Origin: Tortispora ganteri
Taxonomy: Eukaryota
Assembly (NCBI GenBank): GCA_003707115.1
Contig: PPNB01000004.1
Span: 372,001-436,000, forward strand
Reading direction: 5' to 3'
Length of the DNA: 64,000 nt
Positions within the stretch are counted from its first letter, which is position 1; each line of letters begins with the position of its first letter. The translations under genes were made by a program, and so were the position numbers. The notes under the pieces were generated by a model. The model saw only the letters and a list, made by a program, of their open reading frames with translations. It was not told the origin of the DNA and ran no database searches. Positions 1-10,289 of the stretch are shown one piece after another.

Positions 1-1
1 C

Positions 2-850
2 CCTCTTCAAACTCTTTCCACAAGAGCGCAGATTGAATCTAAGCGCGCTGAAAACGCGGAGAACAAAAAAATATCTCCGTTGGAAGCCGCAAGACAAATT
101 ATCCAAAGAGAAGGCGCGTCAGGATTGTATTCTGGTATTGATTCCGCTCTTGTGGGAATCTCGGTTACAAACTTCATCTATTATTTCTTCTATGAAGGAA
201 CAAGAGCTCGTCTCGGCAAAGGTCGCCCCCTTTCTGCTCTCGAGTCTATGGCTGCAGGTGCTGTAGCTGGATCGGCAACTGTCGTACTCACCAACCCTAT
301 TTGGGTCATCAATACTCGCGCTACTACATCAAAGACCGAAAAAGGACTCCTTCAAGTGCTGAGAAAGGTCTTAAATGAAGGAGGCATCAAGGCTCTGTTT
401 GCTGGTCTCGGTCCGGCTCTTGTCCTCGTCATAAATCCGATTCTTCAATACACTGTCTTCGAACAACTGCGCAACTTGATTGAGCGCCGTCGCAGAATGA
501 CTCCTAGAGATGCCTTCCTCTTAGGTGCTCTTGGAAAGCTCATTGCTACTTTTGTTACCTACCCTATCGTCACCTTGAAGACCCGCATGCAGGTCGCAAA
601 GAAGGGCGAAAACTACAAAGGTCTCATTGGCAGCTTTAGCGACATTATCAAGAACGAAGGCTGGTCTGGTCTCTACAGTGGACTTGAAACCAGACTACTT
701 CAGTCTGTATTGACAGCCGCTTTTCTTTTTTACTTCAAAGAAGAGTTCTTCTCTATTACTCTTCAGATTTTGGCTTTCTTAGGCGCCAAGAAGGCATCTG
801 CCCGTGGCGCTCTTACCAAGAATAAGCTTACCGCACGTCTCGTGAGATAA
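2..850 (+). CDS. Peroxisomal membrane carrier of the mitochondrial carrier family (PMP47/PMP34-like), 5'-truncated by the window edge
   Basis: The frame is open from base 2 (PLQTLSTRAQIESK...). Carrier-repeat signatures are present: NPIWVINTR, YPIVTLKTRMQ, EGxxGLYSG. Confidence 0.88.
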   Translation, partial: PLQTLSTRAQIESKRAENAENKKISPLEAARQIIQREGASGLYSGIDSALVGISVTNFIYYFFYEGTRARLGKGRPLSALESMAAGAVAGSATVVLTNPIWVINTRATTSKTEKGLLQVLRKVLNEGGIKALFAGLGPALVLVINPILQYTVFEQLRNLIERRRRMTPRDAFLLGALGKLIATFVTYPIVTLKTRMQVAKKGENYKGLIGSFSDIIKNEGWSGLYSGLETRLLQSVLTAAFLFYFKEEFFSITLQILAFLGAKKASARGALTKNKLTARLVR

Positions 851-1271
851 AATACTGAGTTGAGCATAAATCAATACTTTGTCTATGCCTGTGCTGTGTG
901 CCCTTGTCGACGTTAGAAAAGTAGCTACGTAATATATACAGGATGTATTCTAATGCGGTAAGAAAGTATTAATGAAAAGGTTAGAAAAAAGACAAACATA
1001 TGCCGCATGAATAGCTAGAGTAGAACACAACTGTCAAAGGCAAGGTAAACAACAAAAATGAGGATTTGAATAGAAAAATGAACGAAAAATAAGACGCATC
1101 ATCTTGAGGTCTCCGTCTAGCCGACCATTTATCACCACTCACATATGCAAAAACGCAAATGAGAAAATAGGTAGGTAAACAAGAAGAGACTTAGTATACT
1201 ATATATGATTGATGTTATTCCTTCGTTTTATTCAAGTTCCTCTGTAAAGACTTACACAGTCGCTTCCCTCT

Positions 1272-2161
1272 TTAACAGCACCCATTACCAGAACCTTGTT
1301 GAACGTTCTGTCCACGTAGATTGACATTAGGCTTAGCAGATCCACCTCCAGAAACAGAGTCAGATCCTATAGCATCTTTGATTTGACGAGCCATAGTCAA
1401 AAATGCCTGCTCAACATTAGTTGCATCCTTAGCAGATGTCTCTAAGAATGGAATTCCTAGACTATCAGCGAACTCTTTGGCAACAGTATATTCAACAACT
1501 TTCTGGTCCTTCAAATCAGATTTGTTTCCAACAAGAAGCTTGACAACGCTTTCGGCTGCATAACGATCTATCTCTTGAAGCCATTGCTTGACGTTATTGA
1601 AGCTCTCTTGATCAGTAACATCGTACACTACAATAATGCCGTGCGCTCCGCGGTAGTAGCTCGACGTAATAGTGCGGAATCGCTCCTGACCTGCAGTGTC
1701 CCAAATTTGTAACTTCACAGTCTTGCCTTCGAGGTCGATAGTGCGAATCTTGAAGTCAACACCAATAGTCGATATATACGAGTCCGTGTAGGTGTCATCG
1801 GCAAATCGCAATAATAGGCAAGATTTACCGACACCTGAGTCTCCAATGAGCAGAAGCTTAAACAGAAAGTCGTAGCTATAGATTGAAATTTCGGTTAGTA
1901 TTCAGTACCATATAGGTTTGCATATATGCAATTTTACTCTGATTGTTGTTAGTATGCTGCAGTGTTGTGAGTGCTATCAGTGGACTATAGATGTATATAT
2001 AGTGACGAGGTTACATGGAAGAGGAAACTAGTTATGTAATTATATACAACCGGTTCCCCATAAAAAATTCTCATATATTGCAAAATCCTACTCATTCAAA
2101 CAGATTCAACGCAATATTTCTATACTCCATTAACAGGTTGTACTTACTACTCTGGATTCAT
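1272..2161 (-). CDS. YPT1: Rab1 GTPase Ypt1, spliced: exon1 2161-2151 plus exon2 1875-1272, giving 204 aa starting [22 protein letters not shown]
   Basis: [24 protein letters not shown] motifs and a C-terminal CC. The N-terminus is recovered only by splicing from the ATG at 2161. Confidence 0.97.
1876..2150 (-). other. Outer spliceosomal intron of YPT1 (66 nt after the inner intron is removed), with its donor split as GTA|AGT
   Basis: GTA (2150-2148) joined to AGT (1938-1936) rebuilds GTAAGT. Second TACTAAC at 1900-1894, acceptor TAG ending at 1876. Confidence 0.75.
1939..2147 (-). other. Inner spliceosomal intron (209 nt) of the nested YPT1 intron
   Basis: Donor GTAAGT at 2147-2142, branch point TACTAAC at 1954-1948, acceptor CAG ending at 1939. 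Confidence 0.8.
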
Positions 2162-2461
2162 TGTTTGATTATATGAAAGGTTGCCGTCGTGTCGCAAGGT
2201 AAAGGGAACTGTTGTGTTGTTAAGCCTCTAGGTCGTCGTCATCTACGACGCCATCTTTACCCTAGCAACCTAAACCACTCAGCGGCTTCTCTTTCTCCTA
2301 ATATTTAAAATGACAATCTACGTTACTACTTTCAGTTTATTTTATTGATAATATATATTCATATATAATATAACTTCGTGCACAATATTCATGTTGCGTG
2401 TATCAGATGATTAGCGTGAATCGTGTAAACCTTTTCGTTTTGTATCCCTCTTTCATGGCAT

Positions 2462-4408
2462 TTAGTCGACTTCTTCAACAGTGGGGCCATCGCTTCCACC
2501 AGGAGCGGCTCCACCATCAGCACCAGGGAATCCACCAGGAGCTCCACCAGGGAATCCACCAGGAGCACCTCCAGCACCACCATAAAGTTTGGAAATGATA
2601 GGATTGGCAACTCCTTCCAGTTCCTTTTGGCGAGACTCGTATTCGTCTTTAGAGGCAGCTTGAGAATCATCTAACCAGGCAATGGTCTCGTCAATAGCCT
2701 TGGTCAATTTCTCCTTGTCTTCGCCTTCAAGCTTATCCTTGACTTCATCTCCGTTAATTGTGTTACGGAGATTATAGGCATAGGATTCCAATCCGTTCTT
2801 GGCCTGAATGCGTTCAGCTTCACGGGCATCTTCTTCCTTGAATTTCTCGGCTTCGGAAACCATGCGCTCAATATCCTCCTTAGATAGACGTCCCTTGTCG
2901 TTGGTAATAGTGATCTTATTGGTCTTACCAGTGCCCTTCTCAACGGCGGAAACATTCAAGATACCATTAGCATCAATGTCAAAGGTAACTTCAATTTGAG
3001 GAACACCACGAGGAGCAGGAGGAATGCCTGAAAGTTCAAACTTACCAAGCAAGTTGTTGTCTTTCGTCTTGGCACGTTCACCTTCAAAGACTTGAATAAG
3101 TACACCAGGCTGGTTGTCAGCATATGTAGAGAAGGTCTCCGATTTCTTGGTAGGAATGGTGGTGTTACGGGGGATGAGTTTAGTCATGACACCACCAGCG
3201 GTCTCAATACCGAGAGAAAGAGGAGTAACATCGAGCAGCAACAAGTCTTGAGTCTTGGAGGAAGTATCGCCAGAAAGGATAGCAGCCTGTACAGCAGCAC
3301 CATATGCGACAGCCTCATCGGGGTTGATAGTCTTATTGGGCTCCTTTCCGTTGAAGTATTCTGAAACGAGCTTCTGAACCTTGGGAATACGTGTAGAACC
3401 ACCCACTAAGACAATTTCGTGAACCTGAGATTTGTCGATCTTGGAGTCACGTAGCACCTTCTCAACAGGATCCAAAGTAGAGCGGAAGAGGTCGTTGCAA
3501 AGTTCCTCGAACCGAGCACGAGTAATTGAAGTATAGAAGTCAATTCCTTCAAACAGAGAGTCAATTTCAATTGAAGTCTGAGTAGAAGAAGACAAAGTAC
3601 GCTTAGCACGCTCGCAAGCAGTTCTTAGACGTCGGAGTGCACGTTGGTTGGAAGAAAGGTCTTTCTTGTTCTTGCGCTTAAATTCAGCAACGAAATGATT
3701 AACGAGACGGTTATCGAAATCTTCACCACCCAAGTGAGTATCACCTGCAGTAGCTTTGACCTCGAAGATACCTTCTTCAATGGAAAGGAGGGACACATCG
3801 AAAGTACCTCCACCAAGATCGAAGATCAAGACATTGCGTTCGCCTGCAGCCTTTTTGTCAAGACCGTAAGCAATAGCAGCAGCAGTAGGCTCGTTAATAA
3901 TACGGAGGACATTAAGGCCTGCGATGAGACCGGCATCTTTAGTGGCTTGACGCTGAGAGTCGTTGAAGTAAGCGGGAACAGTGATGACTGCGTTCTCAAC
4001 TTTCTTTCCCAAGAAGTTCTCGGCAGTTTCCTTCATCTTTAAAAGAACCATAGAGGAGATTTCCTCAGGAGTGAAGACCTTGGTTTCACCTTTGAATTCG
4101 ACTTGAATCATAGGCTTTCCACCCTTGTCGATGACAGTGAAAGGGAAATGCTTGAGATCAGATTGAACTTCGTCGTCAGTGAACTTGCGACCTATGAGAC
4201 GTTTAGCATCAAAGACAGTGTTAGCAGGGTTCATGGCAGCCTGATTCTTAGCAGCATCACCGATTAAACGTTCAGTATCAGTGAAAGCGACGTAAGAAGG
4301 AGTAGTGCGATTACCCTGGTCATTGGCAATGATTTCGACACGGTCGTTGGCGAAATGAGCGACACATGAGTATGTCGTACCCAAATCAATTCCTACAGCA
4401 GCGGACAT
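2462..4408 (-). CDS. SSA1: Cytosolic Hsp70, SSA family
   Basis: [31 protein letters not shown] repeats and C-terminal GPTVEEVD. The paralog number cannot be resolved. Confidence 0.97.
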   Translation of the reverse strand: MSAAVGIDLGTTYSCVAHFANDRVEIIANDQGNRTTPSYVAFTDTERLIGDAAKNQAAMNPANTVFDAKRLIGRKFTDDEVQSDLKHFPFTVIDKGGKPMIQVEFKGETKVFTPEEISSMVLLKMKETAENFLGKKVENAVITVPAYFNDSQRQATKDAGLIAGLNVLRIINEPTAAAIAYGLDKKAAGERNVLIFDLGGGTFDVSLLSIEEGIFEVKATAGDTHLGGEDFDNRLVNHFVAEFKRKNKKDLSSNQRALRRLRTACERAKRTLSSSTQTSIEIDSLFEGIDFYTSITRARFEELCNDLFRSTLDPVEKVLRDSKIDKSQVHEIVLVGGSTRIPKVQKLVSEYFNGKEPNKTINPDEAVAYGAAVQAAILSGDTSSKTQDLLLLDVTPLSLGIETAGGVMTKLIPRNTTIPTKKSETFSTYADNQPGVLIQVFEGERAKTKDNNLLGKFELSGIPPAPRGVPQIEVTFDIDANGILNVSAVEKGTGKTNKITITNDKGRLSKEDIERMVSEAEKFKEEDAREAERIQAKNGLESYAYNLRNTINGDEVKDKLEGEDKEKLTKAIDETIAWLDDSQAASKDEYESRQKELEGVANPIISKLYGGAGGAPGGFPGGAPGGFPGADGGAAPGGSDGPTVEEVD

Positions 4409-4490
4409 TTTTGATTATTGTTTCTTGTATTGAACTTTTCACAAAATAAGTTTGTGTGAAAGAATACCTCCGAAGTGGAATTAGCATATC

Positions 4491-4575
4491 CTTATATAAT
4501 TATCTATACGTATTCTATGACCTTCTTCTCTGTTCTTCCCTAACCCTTAATTTAGCGATCTCGAACCTTCCAGAG
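4491..4575 (-). promoter_or_regulatory. HSP70 promoter: TATA box and heat-shock element
   Basis: TATATAA on the minus strand within 4491-4500, and inverted nGAAn units (aTCtcGAAccTTCcaGAG) at about 4558-4575. Confidence 0.6.
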
Positions 4576-5047
4576 TATGCGTGTTGGTACTGGGAGCTGG
4601 TAGGCTGTACCAGGAGTGGGATTTCCCGATCGGGACGTGATTAGTTCTGTAGGCCTCGAGGATAGTTGAATGCGATCAAGTAGCTGAGCTCTATACAACT
4701 CCTGCACATAGGCAAGAATACAGATAGATACTAGTTTAACTGATCTGGTTGCCTTTAAGGATTTTAAATGGCGCAGAGCTTTACCGGAGAAGCCGTTTCA
4801 GGCAGTTCGAAAGTGGCACGATAATTTGGGCGGACGATGAGCCGCACGAAGGATAGGCGAGATTAAGGTTCTAGTTTCGCTCCACTAAACAAAGACTCAG
4901 GATACTGCTAATCACATAGCTAAGCTCGATTATTGTGACAAAAACGACTTTTTTTTGCGTTTAAAAGTGATAAAACAAATATATATATAACGTGGTGATT
5001 TATAACATTACAGGTGTTCACAATTGAAATCCTTCGAAAGAGAGAAT

Positions 5048-5821
5048 ATGAGTAAAGAGAAGCAGATTGAGAGTATCGAAGATGTTGCGGAGCATATTCG
5101 CAAGAGAATACGGAATTTAAACAAGAGAAAGCAGAAGTTAGAAAAGTATGAGGAAATCCTGAGTAATGGTGAAGCTAATTCGAAACTTGATGAGTCTCAG
5201 AGAGAAGCTCTTGTTCATAAGCAAGAGGTGCTGCTACCATTGAAAGAACTCGAGGATGTTCAGACTGCATTGCAAGAATTGCAAATCGCAGAAGAATCTC
5301 AACGAAAGGAAACAGAGAAAGCTGCTGCGGTGCTTGCAAAAGCAGAGTATGGAAGAGGTTACGATGCTGCTGTTGAAGATAACAAGAAAAAGATGCTACT
5401 GCTTTCTCAATTTCTGCGTGACGTATCTGTTCGTCGAGTTCTCTCTGCGGAGGAGACGCTAAGCCCCAAAGATATTAAAATGGACGCAGCTTTTGAGAAG
5501 GTGCTACACGCTATTTACCTCGGCAATTCGTCTGCTGTAGACACTATACTCAAGCTTGTCAACGAGGATTCAGAATGTGTGCCTGAGACTTCAGTGACAT
5601 ACAAGCAAATCGCAAAAGAGGTCAAGATGGACAACGAGCCTGTTGATTACCCCGAATTGGAGGGAGAATTAAAAGAGCAGGAGACTCAAAGATTCGGTTA
5701 TAAGAGCGTTAATGGTAAAGCCAAAAAGAATAATCAGCGACATAAACGCTATACTGCACGAAATGGACGTGGAAATGGACCTAAATCAAACGGCAATGGT
5801 AACGACACTAAAACTAACTGA
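5048..5821 (+). CDS. Coiled-coil protein resembling the fungal caprin/YAG7-like family
   Basis: First ATG at 5048. KRIRNLNKRKQKLEKYE motif, a helical core and a basic Gly/Asn-rich tail. Confidence 0.6.
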   Translation: MSKEKQIESIEDVAEHIRKRIRNLNKRKQKLEKYEEILSNGEANSKLDESQREALVHKQEVLLPLKELEDVQTALQELQIAEESQRKETEKAAAVLAKAEYGRGYDAAVEDNKKKMLLLSQFLRDVSVRRVLSAEETLSPKDIKMDAAFEKVLHAIYLGNSSAVDTILKLVNEDSECVPETSVTYKQIAKEVKMDNEPVDYPELEGELKEQETQRFGYKSVNGKAKKNNQRHKRYTARNGRGNGPKSNGNGNDTKTN

Positions 5822-6042
5822 AGTAAAAGTTGGAATAGATCAAGTCGGTGCAAACGCTGGACCTCTTTTTTGTTGGTACGATTCTCATTTATGACTACAA
5901 CTATACGAAAGAGATATGAGCAACCTAAGAATCAACAAGATTCCCCACAAAGAGAATCTTTTAGACAAAAGTAAACAATGCATTTATGTAGACCACGCAG
6001 AAGGCATAGAATTTTTACAAGTTAAAATAGCACACGCTATTT

Positions 6043-6984
6043 TCATAGAATGATTATAAAAATGCCAGGAACGATCAGTGCAAGAGTGGCTAAACCAGCG
6101 AAAGGACTGTTAGAAGAGGCAGATGATTTTTTTTGCCCGGAAGATGCTGTATTACTATCGCCCTCAACAGCGGCCGGATCAGTTGGCATAGCATGCGACG
6201 CAGACAAGGTATGTTCTGTCGGTAAATTTATCGATACGCCAGACGCGAAGGCTTCAATATCATCTATGATATCAGTAAAGTTCAATTTCAAATTCGAAAA
6301 AGCATCGAGGAACGTTACGTACAGACTGATGTTCTCAAATTTGTCGACGAGCTCAGTTCTATTCAAATCATTGATAAACAGCTCAGTTGCATTAAAAAGA
6401 TTCGCAATTGACTTGTTAAAGTCAGCAGAGTCAAAGTAGTTGATAATTTCATGGCTCACATTCTGGAAGTAGGATTCATTGAAAACGACTGCTTCCGTAG
6501 AATTTAGCAGATCATTTAGCACCGTGCTAGTCACGCTAATAAACAATCCAGCAGTTGTCTCGTTACCGTAAGAGTTCCACAGCTCACTGGCATTTCCATA
6601 AACGGCGTCAAAGTAATCCAAATCGCTCACGTAATCAACAAAGTTATTTATATCATCTTCAGCCTGCTCGATATCAATACTAGGAAGAGGAGTAGGCAGC
6701 TGAGTAGCGATATCGGAAGCAAGTGCATTCACATCAGATGCCAAATCGTCCACCAAATCAGGCAAACCAGTGAGAGCAGGAATGTAGGAAAGAACGACAT
6801 CACTGTTATCGACTATTTCCTCATAAATGCTAGCAATAGCCTGCTCATATTTTTTGAGATCTGCGGAGTAAGCAGTAGCATCCGCTAAATACGAAGAAGC
6901 CACAGCAGTCGGGATATCTAACGAGTATCCTTGCTCGTTGGCATAAGAGACTAAAGCAGCAGCGACCGATTGGAGAGCATCCAT
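6043..6984 (-). CDS. Uncharacterised acidic glycoprotein with a C-terminal hydrophobic (GPI-like) tail
   Basis: 313-aa ORF with 10 N-x-S/T sequons, a Ser-rich stretch, then FAGLATLALIVPGIFIIIL at the C-terminus. Confidence 0.75.
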   Translation of the reverse strand: MDALQSVAAALVSYANEQGYSLDIPTAVASSYLADATAYSADLKKYEQAIASIYEEIVDNSDVVLSYIPALTGLPDLVDDLASDVNALASDIATQLPTPLPSIDIEQAEDDINNFVDYVSDLDYFDAVYGNASELWNSYGNETTAGLFISVTSTVLNDLLNSTEAVVFNESYFQNVSHEIINYFDSADFNKSIANLFNATELFINDLNRTELVDKFENISLYVTFLDAFSNLKLNFTDIIDDIEAFASGVSINLPTEHTLSASHAMPTDPAAVEGDSNTASSGQKKSSASSNSPFAGLATLALIVPGIFIIIL

Positions 6985-7734
6985 TATTTATTGTTTTCGC
7001 TAATCGACAAAATGTAATAATTAGCTATTTATGGGGAAGGCGAAAAGTGTTCAAGAATTGTTGCTTATTTATAAGTATTAAGCTAAGCTATATTGAACAG
7101 TTAATTACCTATTTGGCGCAAAATGGAAAACTCTAAAATATGTGATGACATTTTTTATTGGTTCTCTAGCAATAACTTCGTTTCACACCTTGAGGCTGAG
7201 GTCCTGAATCTCTTCGTTTTTGCACCATTTTTGCTTCATCAGAATAGTAGTAAACAGCCGTACAAAGCCTAAAGGCTATTTTCAAACGCATAGGGTCCTT
7301 ACAACGGAGGCATTTACAGTGTTTACTTCCCTTGAAAGAGGCTTAAGACCCCTGCCAGGCTTCCGTTTACTGACTATTGGATGGGCCTATTACGTATACT
7401 TTACGCCGGGTAAATACCAAAAGAAATACACAGGACAATCAGATCGCTCATCCATGATCAGCATTATACTAGTAGCTTTTTGCATCATAATCTAACTACA
7501 GGCCTTTATGTGGCAATTGCTATAATAAACTATCAGTCTTTTTTTCCTTGCTATTTGTCCGGATCTTAAACGGCACTTTTTGTGATTACGGCGATATTTT
7601 GGACCACAGGTGATGCTGACCGAGTAAACGAACCCTAATCACATAAAGAGACCCACTCTACTGCGCTACACTTTGCTCTGCTTGATCCACAACGTGCCTA
7701 CAATTCCTTGTCGATACTGGTCAAACTGGTTTGA

Positions 7735-8649
7735 ATGCAAGCTAATGCAATGGTCGATGTGAAGAGGGCACATGATTCTGGCGATGAGTCAGAATCACCT
7801 ATTGACTATGGGTACACGCACCGAAAGCGTCGAAAGCTAGACCTTAACGGTTATGGGTCTGATTCGGACCCAGATCAGCTGAATGTGGACGACGAAGACA
7901 ATTATAATAATCGCAAAGCCTCTTTAGATGTTGAAGATCTCATTGGCGATTGTCAGAGCTCTTATCGGTCAGACGAAGAGACAGAGAGCGGACTGAATCC
8001 GGATGACCAAGAACCACAAGATCCAGTTGCTTCAGAGGTGCCTGTTGAGGCGTTCAACTTGAGACAAGAAGCTGAAGAAGGTGAGTTTGACGAGGATGGG
8101 AACTATGTGCGAAAGAACGACGACCCTGATGAACAATATGATAATTGGTTAGATGGTATTACGAACGATGATATTACCAAAGCTGCAAACGCACAAGCCA
8201 TACGCGAATCTGATAGACACTACAGCAAACCAATGCCGAAACTTGAAGCATACAAAATATTATTAGGTGAATTAATCAGTAAAGAGACACCCGTGCAACT
8301 GCTGGCCAGACTCAACGCCTCTAAGATGCGTGATGGACATGTTCAAACAACTATAGAAGCAGTCACATCAGCTCTCGATAGTCTGCTATTTAATGGAGTG
8401 ATTGACATTTACAGTTGGCAAAAAGAGATCATAATACGGGAATACAATCAACTGTCTGATAGACCTTACATCCCAAAACAAACAGAATACGAATTCATTT
8501 GGTCTACCGATCCGCAAAACGTATTAGGTCCATATACTTATCATCAACTGGACCAGTGGATAGATTCTGGGCAGCTCGATGAACGAGCAAAGATTAGGCG
8601 GAAAGGAACGCAAAAATTCTATGAAATAGACCGGCTTGATGACATATAA
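7735..8649 (+). CDS. LIN1: U5 snRNP-associated Lin1/CD2BP2 homolog
   Basis: VEAFNLRQEAEEGEFDEDGNYV, DNWLDGI and a C-terminal GYF-like domain (LGPYTYHQLDQW). Confidence 0.85.
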   Translation: MQANAMVDVKRAHDSGDESESPIDYGYTHRKRRKLDLNGYGSDSDPDQLNVDDEDNYNNRKASLDVEDLIGDCQSSYRSDEETESGLNPDDQEPQDPVASEVPVEAFNLRQEAEEGEFDEDGNYVRKNDDPDEQYDNWLDGITNDDITKAANAQAIRESDRHYSKPMPKLEAYKILLGELISKETPVQLLARLNASKMRDGHVQTTIEAVTSALDSLLFNGVIDIYSWQKEIIIREYNQLSDRPYIPKQTEYEFIWSTDPQNVLGPYTYHQLDQWIDSGQLDERAKIRRKGTQKFYEIDRLDDI

Positions 8650-8665
8650 ACCTAGCCAGCTTAGA

Positions 8666-10121
<1,456 letters not shown>

Positions 10122-10289
10122 TGTTATAGTTCCAGAAACAGGGATGCTTTCCTGTGATTGTCTAGGTCAAAATATGCTCAGTGTGGGTTCTTGTGCACAA
10201 AAATAATTAGGGTTAGGGTAAAGACCTGTAGCAAAAAAAAATAATATAATACAGAATTATTGGCTGTTCATGAGTAACATGCAGATTAA

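Noticed and set aside
1938..1938. Two ordinary YPT1 introns separated by a 1-nt microexon (A)
   Set aside because: This gives ATG AAT CCA GAG TAA (stop) and needs a poor GTAAAA donor. The nested model explains all the signals.
2521..2567. 24-bp tandem repeat in HSP70, plus short repeats in SEC24 (about 29591-29622) and TAF12 (about 60048-60070)
   Set aside because: They encode ordinary low-complexity peptide repeats ([15 protein letters not shown]) and are not arrays or mobile elements.
2389..4042. Multiple antisense and alternate-frame ORFs over HSP70 (also over PRC1, PHO84 and RVB2)
   Set aside because: These are shadow ORFs produced by codon bias in conserved genes and show no independent protein features.
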